Part shown: positions 10,086-22,101 of the stretch, in pieces
How positions within the stretch are numbered: the stretch's first letter is position 1
How the letters are laid out: each line of letters begins with the position of its first letter
NCBI GenBank assembly: GCA_019828565.1
Contig: JAHDYR010000067.1
Coordinates: 650,244-714,243 of the forward strand
Length of the DNA stretch: 64,000 nucleotides
Origin: Carpediemonas membranifera BICM
Taxonomy: Eukaryota > Protista > Fornicata
Reading direction: 5' to 3'
Program-made: the position numbers and the translations under genes
The notes under the pieces: generated by a model
Databases searched by the model: none
Seen by the model: only the letters and a program-made list of their open reading frames with translations
What the model was told of the DNA's origin: nothing

Positions 10086-11709
10086 TTATGATTGAGGGGT
10101 TGGGTCGATGTCGACGGGAATGATGTCTCTCGGCCTTCTGGGCGCCTTGCACTCGACCAGCCCAGCTACCCCATCTGACTCGCCCACCACCTTGAACCAC
10201 TGGCCAGTTGAGCCGCAGAAGCGGAGGGGGTATCCGTTGACCGCTGTCGCCTCAATTGGAACCATAGTTGGATTCTCATCCTCGTAATAGTGGGTGACAC
10301 CCTCGGTCACCCAGACCATCCGATCATATTCACCCCAGAACCCCTTGACCCTCTCTGGGAACCAGAGCGGGGTGGATGTGAGGCACTTGTCGCGTTCGCT
10401 GAAACCAGGCAGCAGGCCCGACTGGGCGATACAATCAGGAACTTGGCCACTGAACAGCAGCTGGCGGCCGCTGAGGAAGATGCTAAAATAACTCGTCTGC
10501 GAAATCATGATCCGGTCGACCCTGAAGGGCAGGTCGACGAAGCGTGTCATATCATCATCGTGCCCGAGCCCCAGCTGGCCATAATCGTTTCTGACTACTG
10601 ATCATCTGCCGATCGCCCATTGAGAGGATGACAGTTGTTGCATTAAACGGACCCACATGCATGATGTGATCTGGGACAAAGCCAGACGGCACTGCTACTG
10701 GGTTGAATAGTTTTCTGTTGTCCTCATCGGCTTCGCCTGTGAACCAATTCGCCTTGTTGCCCGCCATGACAGTGCCGACCGGAGTGAGTATGAACGTCTG
10801 ATATTCATATATCGACACACCAGTCACCATCCTGTGCTTCTCCCACGGGGGCAGGCTGGCCTCGAGCGCGGCGATGTTGGGGCAGGCGGGGAAGGTGAGG
10901 CGGGTCGGGGCGTTGAACTTAAATGACTGGAACCCAAGCTGGCTACGTCCGCTAGTGCCCCAGCCCCACATGCCCTTGGGCGTCCTGGCGATGTGGCTAA
11001 TCCTGTTGCTGTAGATCTCGAGGGCCCTGGGCATCCTGGCCCTGGTGAGGGCGGTGTGGTGTCTCGTGTCGAGCATGAAGAGTCGGCCCATGTACATGCG
11101 GTGGTGGTAGCATCTGTCGTGCCCAGGACGCTGATAGCACTCGCCGTCCTTCTCGGCGACGTTCAGCGAGAAGAAGAACTTGCGGCAGAGGAACCAGAGG
11201 CACTTGGCCTCGGGGGTGAGGGCCTTGCGGATCTTGTCGTGTATCTCGGTCCTGCGTGGATCCTCCTTTCGAGCCTCTTTCAGCACCCTGTCCTCGAGGT
11301 CGGGGTTGGCCCCGCCACCCAGCAGACACGCCCACACCGCGCCCTGGTTCAGCGTGTGCATGGCGACCGGGAGCTCCTCGCCATCCGCGAGCTCGATGTT
11401 CATGGACAGCGGGGGGCCGCTGGTGAGGATCGAGCGGGCGCGGTCGAGGAGGGCTTGCGCGGTTGGTTCGAGAGGGGGCAGCTTGGAGAGCGCGGCGATG
11501 AGGGATTCGAGAGAAGGGGCGCTGGTTGGTGTAGAAGTGCCCTTGTCGTTGTGGATCGAGGGCATCTGCTTCTTGAAGTGCCTGGAGTAGGCGCATTGGA
11601 TCAAACAGGGGATGTCCCCAGAGATGGAGGCCGTCACAACAAGCGAGGCGCGGAATGCGGTGATCAGCGCATCTCTGATGGCAGATGGCGAGGAGCTAGC
11701 GCTGCTCAT
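10086..11709 (-). pseudogene. RCC1-like family copy 2, frameshifted near 10,595
   Basis: Split into ORFs 10555-11709 and 10086-10550; reads AGTAGTCAGAAAC where intact copies read AGTGGGAGAAAC (+1 nt). Confidence 0.75.
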
Positions 11710-11861
11710 TGGTTGTAGCGCTCAGTTCGGTGGTGCCCAAATTCTGACTGCCGACTCGCCGACCGCCGACGCCAGCTGCGAGACATGGCCTTGCAGCAAG
11801 CCAAGCCTCACCACAAACATACTTTATACATCCATCGATGACATGCAGCCACCCAGCCAAC

Positions 11862-13250
11862 TCACCGACCCCGCAGCAGCTTCCGCCAGGCCTTCTCTTC
11901 CTCCGTCAGCCTCGGCCGGCCCCTCCTCCGCTTAGGCTGCTCCACCGCCACGTCCTCAGGCTGAGCCACGCTGAACTCATAGCCCCGTACGGCCCCAGCC
12001 AGCCCAAGCATGCCGCACTGGGCCTGGTTGATCCAGCCCTGCCGTATGTACGACCTGAGGCTGGCCAGACCCATGTTGTACGAGTCCGTCTGGGCGATCA
12101 CCAGGTCTGAGGACGCGCTGGGGACATTTGGGAGGTGGACGTCAAGTTTCACCAAGTCTGCTGGCATTTCCCGTGCTGGTATGGCCTTGATCTCGTCAGC
12201 CCAAGCATGACGCGCCGCCCTGCCTGTCTGGACCACCTCAGCACTCCTAGTCTGGCTTGGAACGGAAATGGAGGCCCTGATTTGCGTCGGTTGGCCGTAT
12301 GCCCAAGCGATAGTCACCCCGCGGGTAGACGCGAGGATAAGGCCGCGCTTGGAGGTGAATGCGTGACTCATCGCACTCGTGAGCTCGATATGCCCCAGCC
12401 TACGTTCCTCTATGATCTCGACACAGGTTGACTCGTTCTCGACTCGACTTGGTCTATTGTCCTCAGCAGGGGGTCTACCCCGCCGTGCCTGGCGGAGCAC
12501 ATCAATAGAAAGCTTGCCTGTAGGCACAGGAGCGTCCGCGGGCAGACTGATTGGCGAGTCGACATTCGCCCCACGACCCACCTCTGCCGTGGCCTCAAAC
12601 CAGGCGTCGACCTTGTTATCCCGGACCATGACGAGCATGTGGTTTTCTGGCGTGACAAGGATGGTCGTGTGGTCATGTGTCACGGGCGAGAGGATCCTGC
12701 CGTCCAAATACTTGGCCTCAGAGGACAGGACAGTGTTGACTTGGATAGAGACGGTGGCGTAGGTCAGGTTGGGTATGGGCTCGGACTCGAGGCGGACTGG
12801 GTCCCAGTCGTCGGCCCATATGTCGGCAAGGCTTTCACAGTCGTCCAGAGTCACGTCCCGAGTCCAGTTGGGGACGTCGCGGAGGAAAGGAGGGCGGCCC
12901 GTAGTCTTGTGGAAGCAGGGGAAGATGATGTGGCAGGTGTTCTCTTCGATTTCGGCGCTCGTGATGAACTTTGAAGTGGCTGCGGCGGAAGTCTTCATGT
13001 GATTGACACGGACGGTCACTGCGATGTTCCCGGGCAGAAGAATCGGAGGAGAGGCAGATATAATGCCTGCATCCTCCTCAGCATGAAGTTGCTGATCAAT
13101 GTTGAATGAGTATCGGCAAAAGAGGCAAGTATGACGGGCCACAGGCAGATGGGCAAACGAAAAGTTGCCAATAGGCCTGCTTGTTAGTCCTTCCCAGATT
13201 TTCACTGCAGTGGGCATGACATATGGCTGGCATAGCGAGTACATGTACAC
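11862..13250 (-). CDS. Hypothetical protein with C-terminal AT-hook/NLS-like KRRRGRPR; start uncertain
   Basis: 462-aa ORF with no recognisable domain. Confidence 0.55.
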   Translation of the reverse strand: MYMYSLCQPYVMPTAVKIWEGLTSRPIGNFSFAHLPVARHTCLFCRYSFNIDQQLHAEEDAGIISASPPILLPGNIAVTVRVNHMKTSAAATSKFITSAEIEENTCHIIFPCFHKTTGRPPFLRDVPNWTRDVTLDDCESLADIWADDWDPVRLESEPIPNLTYATVSIQVNTVLSSEAKYLDGRILSPVTHDHTTILVTPENHMLVMVRDNKVDAWFEATAEVGRGANVDSPISLPADAPVPTGKLSIDVLRQARRGRPPAEDNRPSRVENESTCVEIIEERRLGHIELTSAMSHAFTSKRGLILASTRGVTIAWAYGQPTQIRASISVPSQTRSAEVVQTGRAARHAWADEIKAIPAREMPADLVKLDVHLPNVPSASSDLVIAQTDSYNMGLASLRSYIRQGWINQAQCGMLGLAGAVRGYEFSVAQPEDVAVEQPKRRRGRPRLTEEEKAWRKLLRGR

Positions 13251-13430
13251 CGCGCCGTCTTGCGCAGTTTAAAACTTTCGCGCATTTCTTGGGCGGAATG
13301 TAGCCGGTGAAGTGTATTAGCTGTGTATAGCTCGGCTGGGGCATCATTTACGAGTCGGGCAGGCTTTACCTAAAACTGCGCTGTTTTGCAGGACTGGCTT
13401 GGCAGCAATTGCACGCATTCGCGCTTTCTG

Positions 13431-16400
13431 ATGCCCAGAAGAACATCCGCACGCCTTGCAGACAAGAAAGATGCCATTCCAGCTGGTGATTTGGACACCA
13501 GCGCCGATGAGGGAACACAAGAACTGTTTGAAGAGGATAGCGCTCCCGATTTCTCTGAAGAATCCGAATCCGAGGCTCCTCAGCCCGTTCGTACACGCAA
13601 GCGTCCCGTCACCGGTGCTCGTCCTCGTGCTCGCGGCACCTCCACAGCAACTCTCGGTGATACCCGTTTGTACAACATTCTCACGAAATCAGCCAACCAA
13701 ATCCCCCGCTCAGCCGGCCAGTGGGTCAACGAGAACCTTGTGAACCTCCGCGGTCCTTCCACCACTAACGTTACCCGAGAGCTCGTCCAGCTCATCCTCG
13801 ACCTGTCGATCCAAGACACGACGCTCGAGGAGGACGAGTTCGACGCTGTGTCCTACCAGAGCGCGGCCAGGGCGTGGGGAGAGACTGCCCAGCTCACCAA
13901 CCCGCCTCTCTTGAGCCGCAACGACAAGTATCGCCGGGCCCTTGCCCAGCTCATCCACCACCTGGTCAAGCAGGCCCCTAAGGCCGTCTTCGTAGCCGAG
14001 GACTCGCCCCTTGCAGGTGCTCTGGTCGACTGGCTCATCCATCTGTGCGGCGTGAAGCACCGACCCCTCAGAGTCACCGCTCTGCTCGTCACTTATGAGC
14101 TCTGGACTCAGTACGTCGCCCGCAGCATCCGCAGCGAGAACAAGAGGAGCGAGGACGCCAGAGACACCAAGGAACGCGAGCACCTGGTCGAGGCTGCCCG
14201 CAGGATTTACAGGGAGGTGTTCTGCGAGCACTACCGCGATGTCAATCCACTGGCCCGTATAGCAGGCATCAAGGCCCTCTGCAGCATCATAGTCAAGGTC
14301 TCACACGGCGACAGCGACGAGATCAACACCAAGAACCAAGAAACATACCTTGGCAACACCACGACGAAGTACGTAGGCTGGACCCTCAGCGACACCGACG
14401 CTGACGTCAGAAAAGCCGCGTTCGCCGGGCTGAAGGACATGGTCGACCAGGAAGACCTCCACACCACGCTGCTCTCCTTCTACAACTACTTCTGCAACAG
14501 GGTCGGAGAGGCGATTGATGACAAGGACCTGGATATCGCAGTCGACGCGGTGCACATCTGCACCGAGTTCCTCACCCACCCCGCCCTGCAGAAGCTCAGA
14601 GACGTGCTCAAGCCTCAGTACATCGCCCTCGTCGACAAGTCTGTGCTGCAGCAGTACGCGAAGCTCGCTGACAATGCGCTCATTTACATCGACTCATTCG
14701 TGTTCGGTGTGCTCGCCTCCAGCGCCGTTGACGAAGCAGCCGACCGCGGGCTAGACACCCACCCCACCCGTGTTCAGCTCGAAACATTTATGAATTGGGC
14801 CCGTCGCTGCCAAACCCCTGCCTCCATCGCCCGTTTTGTCCCCATGCTCTGCCCCAAGCAGCCGTGCCTCACGAACTGGCCTATTCTCCTTGAGATCGCC
14901 CAGGAGGACAGAGAGGGACCGGCCGTGAAGGTCATGCTCCATGCTGCCCAGTGGGCGGCCGGGATTCACGCCTTTGCCCCCGAGCCAGAAGCCCTCATCG
15001 CTTCTCGCCAAATCTCAGTCGGCCCCGCGCCAGACATGAACGAGGAGCTTCTCGACTCCCTCACTGCCACCCTCCTCGAGCCCAAAGGCCTCGGCGCCCT
15101 CCTTGACGAGTACACCAACACGCCCATGGAGGCATCCGTCCTCGAGATAGTCACCCTCCTGGCGGGCAGAGTCACACTGCCTACCCTAGATGCGGGCAAG
15201 TGTCGCGTGCTCGAATCTGTGGTCCGGACTGTTGGCGACACTCTCCAGTCGTCGATCGACCAGGCCGTCTGTGACGGCGCCGTACGCGCTCTCAGGGCTC
15301 TAGCAAGAGACGGGGCTCTAGGTCAGATTAGTATCAGCGCGGACGCGAAGCTGCAGGAGGCCATGCCTTCCCTTGATTCCATCCTCACAGGCCCGGCGCC
15401 CCTCATTCGAATCGCCGCCATCGCTCGCAATTGCCACCGCGAGGACGTCGACCAGCTCTCGGACGAGGTCGTCGGCGCCATCCTCGAGGCCTTGAACGAC
15501 CCCAGCTCCACCCCTGCTGTATGCGCTGCTGCGGCCACCGCCATTTTCAGAATCGCCGAAGCGAATATGCAGTTTAAGGAGTTCATGCCGAGACTCGGCG
15601 CGACAGTCGCCGCGCTCATTCGTGCGGGTGACAGGGCGACGATGGCAGACAAGCCCGACCTGAACCAGTGCTACGACATCGCCTACTACTCTGTCTCGAC
15701 CATCCTAGCGTACGCATCAAATGATGAAGAGATCCTGGACCAGTGCAACAGCGCCCTCACGCCTGCAGAGGCGGGCACGCAGCTGATCATGGCTGCCGAG
15801 GAAGTACTGGAGATGCTTGAAGACGCCATCAGCTACGACAGCGCCGAGGTGGCCAAGAAGCACCATCAAGCCCTCCGCGACTCTCTCATGTCACAGCTCT
15901 GCCTCGTGCTCATGACATATCCTGCCATGGTCGAGAAGGTCTTCCTAATCATGGCCCGGTGGCAGCAACACGAGGAGAGGTGCGAGAAGTCTGTCGATTG
16001 GGCGATCAGTGCACTTTTAGGCAAAGACTGTACCGGGAAGTCGTGGTTCAAAAAGCAGGCTGCCAACCAGGCAGTGGCTGCCCTGGACCGCATGTTCCAG
16101 TCGACCATTGGGGAGGACGACGATATCTCCCCTGAAAGCCTCAAGTTCGTGGTGAGCCTTGCTGCTAAGATCAGCGCCATATACGCAGCTGCTGATCACC
16201 GCCGGGCCCTGGCGAACGCAGTGGTTACTATCGCCCAGAAGGCCTCGGGCGAGGACAAGAACGCGGTTTTGTTCGCCAAGACGACCATCCCGCAACTCAT
16301 TTCAGGGTGCAAGAAGGAGGAGGTGGCCAAGATACGACTGACCCTCGACCAGGCCAGGTCACAGACCCAGAACGGCGTCGTGGCCGCACTCAGCCGGCTC

Positions 16401-16796
16401 TGTCTCGACTGGGCCGACCAGCTGAGAAGGAAGCAGGTTCTCAACGCCTTTGAGCGTGCCCTCGAGAGTATTCTGACCGGCGAGCCAGTGACCCAGCCGA
16501 GGCGCGGGCCGCGTGCTTCTCGTGCGACCGGGCAGACTAGCCGCAGAACAAGGTCAGCGCGAGACAACGAGACAGAGAGCGAGACAGACGAGGGCACCGC
16601 CACTCAGAGTGGAGCCGAGAGTGAGACGGCGACCGCAGCCACTCACAGAGTCCATGACACGCGAGACCCAGCCGACCACTCGATTGAGGAGGACGAGGAC
16701 GTAGACATGATGGATATGGAGACACAGCAACTGGTCAGCCCGCAGACGGGGGTTACAGCGACTGCTCATGCGGAGGCGAGTCTGTCGAGGTGGTGA
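13431..16796 (+). CDS. SCC3: Cohesin subunit Scc3/STAG (stromal antigen)
   Basis: RPLRVTA in the STAG domain; SCD motif HYRDVNPLAR...YLGNTTTKYVGWTLSDTDADVR; first ATG at 13431. Confidence 0.9.
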   Translation: MPRRTSARLADKKDAIPAGDLDTSADEGTQELFEEDSAPDFSEESESEAPQPVRTRKRPVTGARPRARGTSTATLGDTRLYNILTKSANQIPRSAGQWVNENLVNLRGPSTTNVTRELVQLILDLSIQDTTLEEDEFDAVSYQSAARAWGETAQLTNPPLLSRNDKYRRALAQLIHHLVKQAPKAVFVAEDSPLAGALVDWLIHLCGVKHRPLRVTALLVTYELWTQYVARSIRSENKRSEDARDTKEREHLVEAARRIYREVFCEHYRDVNPLARIAGIKALCSIIVKVSHGDSDEINTKNQETYLGNTTTKYVGWTLSDTDADVRKAAFAGLKDMVDQEDLHTTLLSFYNYFCNRVGEAIDDKDLDIAVDAVHICTEFLTHPALQKLRDVLKPQYIALVDKSVLQQYAKLADNALIYIDSFVFGVLASSAVDEAADRGLDTHPTRVQLETFMNWARRCQTPASIARFVPMLCPKQPCLTNWPILLEIAQEDREGPAVKVMLHAAQWAAGIHAFAPEPEALIASRQISVGPAPDMNEELLDSLTATLLEPKGLGALLDEYTNTPMEASVLEIVTLLAGRVTLPTLDAGKCRVLESVVRTVGDTLQSSIDQAVCDGAVRALRALARDGALGQISISADAKLQEAMPSLDSILTGPAPLIRIAAIARNCHREDVDQLSDEVVGAILEALNDPSSTPAVCAAAATAIFRIAEANMQFKEFMPRLGATVAALIRAGDRATMADKPDLNQCYDIAYYSVSTILAYASNDEEILDQCNSALTPAEAGTQLIMAAEEVLEMLEDAISYDSAEVAKKHHQALRDSLMSQLCLVLMTYPAMVEKVFLIMARWQQHEERCEKSVDWAISALLGKDCTGKSWFKKQAANQAVAALDRMFQSTIGEDDDISPESLKFVVSLAAKISAIYAAADHRRALANAVVTIAQKASGEDKNAVLFAKTTIPQLISGCKKEEVAKIRLTLDQARSQTQNGVVAALSRLCLDWADQLRRKQVLNAFERALESILTGEPVTQPRRGPRASRATGQTSRRTRSARDNETESETDEGTATQSGAESETATAATHRVHDTRDPADHSIEEDEDVDMMDMETQQLVSPQTGVTATAHAEASLSRW

Positions 16797-16983
16797 GGAC
16801 GATGTAAATATGGTGTGGTGTGGGTTGACGGTTTATGGTGGTTGTCGTGGATATTCCTGGAATGGGTCAAGTGCATCCTGATCACAATAGATGATTGCTG
16901 GCGGTCATGGTGTAGTCGATCAGCCTTGATCATTATCGGCATCAACGCGGGAAGTGATCCGGAGGCGACGAGTATCACACAAT

Positions 16984-18619
16984 TTATGAATCATTCGGGT
17001 CGACGTCGACGGGAATGATGTCTCTCGGCCTTCTGGGCGCCTTGCACTCGACCAGCTCAGCCACCCCATCTGACTCACCCACCACCTTGAACCACTGGCC
17101 AGTTGAGCCGCAGAAGCGGAGGGGGTATCCGTTGACCGCTGTCGCCTCAATTGGAACCATAGTTGGATTCTCATCCTCGTAATAGTGGGTGACACCCTCG
17201 GTGACCCAGACCATCCGATCATATTCACCCCAGAACCCCTTGACCCTCTCTGGGAACCAGAGCGGGGTGGATGTGAGGCACTTGTCGCGTTCGCTGAAAC
17301 CAGGCAGCAGGCCCGACTGGGCGATACAATCAGGAACTTGGCCACTGAACAGCAGCTGGCGGCCGCTGAGGAAGATGCTAAAATAACTCGTCTGCGAAAT
17401 CATGATCCGGTCGACCCTGAAGGGCAGGTCGCCGAAGCGTGTCATATCATCATCGTGCCCGAGCCCCAGCTGGCCATAATCGTTTCTGACTACTGATCAT
17501 CTGCCGATCGCCCATTGAGAGGATGACAGTTGTTGCATTAAACGGACCCACATGCATGATGTGATCTGGGACAAAGCCAGACGGCACTGCTACTGGGTTG
17601 AATAGTTTTCTGTTGTCCTCATCGGCTTCGCCTGTGAACCAATTCGCCTTGTTGCCCGCCATGACAGTGCCGACCGGAGTGAGTATGAACGTCTGATATT
17701 CATATATCGACACAGCAGTCACCATCCTGTGCTTCTCCCAGGGGGGCAGGCTGGCCTCGAGCGCGGCGACCTTGGGGCAGGCGGGGAAGGTGAGGCGGGT
17801 CGGGGCGTTGAACTCAAATGACTGGAACCCAAGCTGGCTACGTCCGCTAGTGCCCCAGCCCCACATGCCCTTGGGCGTCCTGGCGATGTGTGTGATCTCG
17901 TTGCTGTAGATCTCGAGGGCCCTGGGCATCCTGGCCCTGGTGAGGGCGGCGTGATAGTCAGTGCGGAGCATGAAGAGTCGGCCCATGTACATGCGGTGGT
18001 GGTAGCATCTGTCGGGCACAGGACGCTGATAGCTCTCGCCGTCCTTCTCGGCGACGTTCAGCGAGAAGAAGAACTTGCGGCAGAGGAACCAGAGGCACTT
18101 GGCCTCGGGGGTGAACGCGTCGCTGATCTTGTCGTGTGTCTCAATATCATATGGCTCCTCCTCTTGAGCCTCCTTCAGCACCCTGTCCTCGAGGTCGGGG
18201 TTGGCCCCGCCACCCAGCAGACACGCCCACACCGCGCCCTGGTTCAGCGTGTGCATGGCGACCGGGAGCTCCTGCCCCGCCACCAGCTCAACGTTCATGG
18301 ACAGCGGGGGGCCGCTGGTGAGGATCGAGCGGGCGCGGTCGAGGAGGGCTTGCGCGGTTGGTTCGAGAGGGGGCAGCTTGGAGAGCGCGGCGATGAGGGA
18401 TTCGAGAGAATTGGCATCTTGGCGGACGTATTGGCTCATATTTTCTTGAATGAACTCGCTCAACTTCATGGATCTGCGCGGTTCTTGCTCATCGAAGTGA
18501 CGCTGGTACGCACAGGCGATGAGCGAGGGGATATCGCCAGCAATACCACTCGATGCCGTGATTGAGTGCCGATGGGCCGCGATCAGCGCGTCTCTCGCCT
18601 TCTTGCCTCCATCTCTCAC
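16984..18619 (-). pseudogene. RCC1-like family copy 3, with a divergent N-terminus and the same frameshift as copy 2
   Basis: ORFs 17450-18619 and 16984-17445; identical lesion at about 17,490. Confidence 0.75.
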
Positions 18620-18864
18620 GTCGTCTGGTCGTCGTCCAACTCAGCCACAGTCGGCCCAGTGAAGACAGTCAGTGTAATCGGGAGAGCAGACCCACTCGCT
18701 TTGCGGGGTTTTAGGGAACGACTATCAACGGCCCTTTGCATGTCAGGTCAGCTTGAGAATAGAGAGCAACGCGGATGAACCAACAAATCCACCCAGGCAT
18801 GCACCATGACATGGGAGACAGTCAGCAAGGCAACGGCATCACTTGTATGGCATGAGGCGACTGC

Positions 18865-20316
18865 ATGAGAGTCACAACAGCAATCACAACAGAAACAATG
18901 GAACACAAAGAATCTTCTCCGACAACGGAAAAATCAGCCTCACCGAAGAAGAATTCGCCAACTAAGAAGGTATCTGCCGATGAAGGCGTGCCGGGCTATC
19001 TTCGACCGACTCATGCTTCAAGCCGTCGCAAGTCAATGGACAATGAGGCCGTGGGCTCGAACTTCGGTCCTTTGGGATTCAAAGGCGTCCGCGGTCTTCC
19101 GAACAAGTTTAAGCCCGGCTTTGCCGATGCCTGCCAAAAGAAGACTGCCAAGGCAGTGAAGAGCTCGCCTACAGCCCGCGGCTCCGCCTATCAGAATGCT
19201 GCAGAGGTCCACCGTGCACAAATGAACCTCGACACTCTCCGCGGCATGCCAATTGCCGGCGCCCGCCGCCCATCGCCTTCACACCCCCGCTCCACCTTCA
19301 GCGAGTTCGAATACACAAGCAGTCCGTTCTCCGCAGCCCACGACAAGGCAGTGAGCGACGACAAGCTGAGCAGGAGCCGTTTTAAGGGCGACACAGATCT
19401 TGCGGTGTCCAGGACCCATCCCCTGCCCCACGACGGCGTGTTCGACAAGGTCACTTACATGCCTGACGTATACGCCCCAGACGCCCTGCATGACATCAGT
19501 ATTAGCGAGCTTAAGGCCCACCATGAGGCTACGGTGGCTGGGCTGGGTGTCTACACGGGTAAAACCCCGCACTCGAAGCACTACCGAGATGACACGGTCA
19601 CCGCAAGAGCAGGCGTCGCGATGCTTAGAGATGTGCTCAGGCATATTTCTAGAGAGATGAAGATTAGACTCCGAGGTCGCTTTATTAACGTAGCCCTCAT
19701 TCAGGAGGACGGCAAGGCTCTGTGGGCAAGCCAGAGTGACTCGACCCATGAGCCAAGAGAGGCCGTTATTCTCGTCCATGCACCAGGCGGGGCAGATTCT
19801 GAGATCATCAGAAAGGTTATCAATCAGTTCATCGATGACCCGATGCTCGACCTCTCACTCACCCGCAACGCTGCCCGCTGGGGTGTCTCAGCTTCCACAG
19901 TCACTGAACTCCCTACACCTCTCAAGATTGAGCGCGCGCGGTCGCCTTCACCTCGGCGTCTCGACTCTTCAATCCAAGTGCTCCCCACCCGCGCCGCTCT
20001 CCCCTCCACTCTTACTGACCCATCCTCAGTGCTCTGCTTTGGTGTTTATTTCCCTTGGAGTCGAGTCGAACATGACTCTGCCTTCGAGTCAATGCACCCG
20101 GACCTTGCACACACCCACCACGCGAAGATGCCCAGAGGTCGCCGGGCGTCGCACCTGCATGTACCTCTCAAGACCACCAAGACTTTTGCCTCGCCGTATG
20201 TGTCAGCGCCCACGAGCCCTCAGCGGTCGCGCCGTTCTTCTGTGGGCTCGCTATCGCCTAGGTCGCCGAGGCGGAAGGAGGAAGTTGAAAAGATGGTCAC
20301 GGTGGATGAGGAGTAA
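18865..20316 (+). CDS. Hypothetical S/P/R-rich protein
   Basis: 483-aa ATG ORF with AATAAA just after the stop. Confidence 0.7.
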   Translation: MRVTTAITTETMEHKESSPTTEKSASPKKNSPTKKVSADEGVPGYLRPTHASSRRKSMDNEAVGSNFGPLGFKGVRGLPNKFKPGFADACQKKTAKAVKSSPTARGSAYQNAAEVHRAQMNLDTLRGMPIAGARRPSPSHPRSTFSEFEYTSSPFSAAHDKAVSDDKLSRSRFKGDTDLAVSRTHPLPHDGVFDKVTYMPDVYAPDALHDISISELKAHHEATVAGLGVYTGKTPHSKHYRDDTVTARAGVAMLRDVLRHISREMKIRLRGRFINVALIQEDGKALWASQSDSTHEPREAVILVHAPGGADSEIIRKVINQFIDDPMLDLSLTRNAARWGVSASTVTELPTPLKIERARSPSPRRLDSSIQVLPTRAALPSTLTDPSSVLCFGVYFPWSRVEHDSAFESMHPDLAHTHHAKMPRGRRASHLHVPLKTTKTFASPYVSAPTSPQRSRRSSVGSLSPRSPRRKEEVEKMVTVDEE

Positions 20317-20522
20317 GAGGTTGTAATATGAATAAAGCTGGATAATTTATTTATCCTGGGGCGTGTGTGATGGATGTCATGTCATGTCGGCCGTGAAGCC
20401 AGCTTTGTTTGCCCTGTATACTGGGAGATAAATGATTCAAGCCGACTCGCATAAAGATGAACCACTCACCCCGCTGCCACGGGGCGACCCTTGCTGCCCG
20501 AGAAGAGATGATGTCATTAACC

Positions 20523-21608
20523 TCACTGGCCTGAGACAACAGCGTAATCCTGACCCTCGTCATCTTCTGCCACCGAATCCCATCGTCTAAAGGCCACCCT
20601 TGCCTGATAATACTCCAGCACAAGCTCAGTCCTATGCTGCATCAGAAGCTTCGAGTCGACCCAGTAACGTTGATCTCCTTTGGAGGTGACTACTGCGAGG
20701 TCGACTGAACCTTCTTCTGCACCTCGTCTGCATCCTAAGATCTTTGTGACGTCCCTTATGCTGACAGATATACCGGACGCGTTGTCTTGCTTTGCTGCCC
20801 GCTCCGCAATCCGCTTCGCCCGCGCCAAAGAAGCATCCTTGGCCCGGCGCTTCTTCTCCTCTTCTCTCTCCTCTTCCAACTTGGCCTGGCGCTCAGCCTC
20901 TTCCCTCTCACGTCTCAGTTGCTGCTGCTCAGCTGCCAGAGAGGGGTGGAGGTTGCTCTCGGGCTCCCACGAGTTTTCAGCCTCCGGGTAGCCCTTCCAT
21001 TTGATAAGATACTCGTACTCCCGCCACTTTCTGCTGTACCTGCTGCTTCGTACTGCTTGTACCTCGTACACAGGGCCACCCCGTGCGTTGAAGTCGTCTA
21101 CATCTGATTGCTCCGACTGCATTGATTGATCGGGCGATTCTTCTGGCTCGGAGAGGTCGGCCGGGGGTAGCTCTGCTGTATCTGGCTGGGGGTCTTGGTC
21201 AGGCTCGCCAGGGCTGGGCAAGGGTGCGGTGGGCGTTGTATCGGGGCTTTGCTCTGGCATGACACTGCTCTCGGTGGGGAAAGCGTCATTCTCGTCAACT
21301 TGACAAGGATTGGCGGTGTTGAGATCTTGGCTGCCTTCTTCTTGTGTTACGGGGCGAATACGGCGTGGAATAAGACTTAAGAAGGATGGCTTGCGCTTGA
21401 CGATCATTGAAGACACCTTGCCGCCATTCTTCTTCTTCTTGCGACGCGATGAACGTAGTACAATCGAATGGGTAACATTATTACCAAATATTCTGATGCT
21501 GACCATTCTTGTGTCTTTCGACGGCAGATGAGAGAAATGATTTTGCGACTGACCAAAACAGGGTCGAAACCCGAGAATGAGCGGTGATGCATGGCTGCAG
21601 ACTGCCAA
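20523..21608 (-). CDS. HP1-like protein (chromodomain plus chromo-shadow-like domain); start uncertain
   Basis: Chromodomain YEVQAV...EYLIKWKGYPEAENSWEPESNL; C-terminal KILG...WVDSKLL..HRTELVLEYYQARV matches a chromo-shadow pattern. Confidence 0.8.
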   Translation of the reverse strand: MAVCSHASPLILGFRPCFGQSQNHFSHLPSKDTRMVSIRIFGNNVTHSIVLRSSRRKKKKNGGKVSSMIVKRKPSFLSLIPRRIRPVTQEEGSQDLNTANPCQVDENDAFPTESSVMPEQSPDTTPTAPLPSPGEPDQDPQPDTAELPPADLSEPEESPDQSMQSEQSDVDDFNARGGPVYEVQAVRSSRYSRKWREYEYLIKWKGYPEAENSWEPESNLHPSLAAEQQQLRREREEAERQAKLEEEREEEKKRRAKDASLARAKRIAERAAKQDNASGISVSIRDVTKILGCRRGAEEGSVDLAVVTSKGDQRYWVDSKLLMQHRTELVLEYYQARVAFRRWDSVAEDDEGQDYAVVSGQ

Positions 21609-21816
21609 TACACGCCCCTCGCTAGCTTTTTGCCGCGGTGTGAGTGACTGTGAGTCTGGCCATCAGTCGCGAAACCCTAAAGAATGGCGAAAGAACGCAT
21701 TGTACACATTTCTATGGGCCAGTTTCTCTCACCACTGCCCGAACCTCATTCGCACTCTCACTCACCCGCCAGATCGCGTCTGATTTCTTGTCGACTTCCG
21801 GACTCGAAGCAGAAGC

Positions 21817-22101
21817 ATGGCAGACGTCGCGGAACTTGCCAAGAAGGTTGAATATCTCGAGGTTATCGCCAAGGAATCATCTAAAACCGCCTCTTATTCC
21901 TCTGGAAACGAAGAGATGCTCAAGGACGTCCTTCGCGCCCTGATCAATGCACGCAGAGCCATTGAGACCAGCAAGAGAGAGTTTAACGCAGTATTTGCTG
22001 AAAACAAGAAGCTCCAGGAGCAGGCAACGAAGGACAAGATCCGCATTGAGCACCTTCTCAAGGCTTACGAGCGGATGGAGGGCGAGCTCGCCGAAAAGTG
22101 A
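21817..22101 (+). CDS. Small coiled-coil hypothetical protein
   Basis: 94-aa ATG ORF with heptad pattern and host-like codon use. Confidence 0.65.
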   Translation: MADVAELAKKVEYLEVIAKESSKTASYSSGNEEMLKDVLRALINARRAIETSKREFNAVFAENKKLQEQATKDKIRIEHLLKAYERMEGELAEK

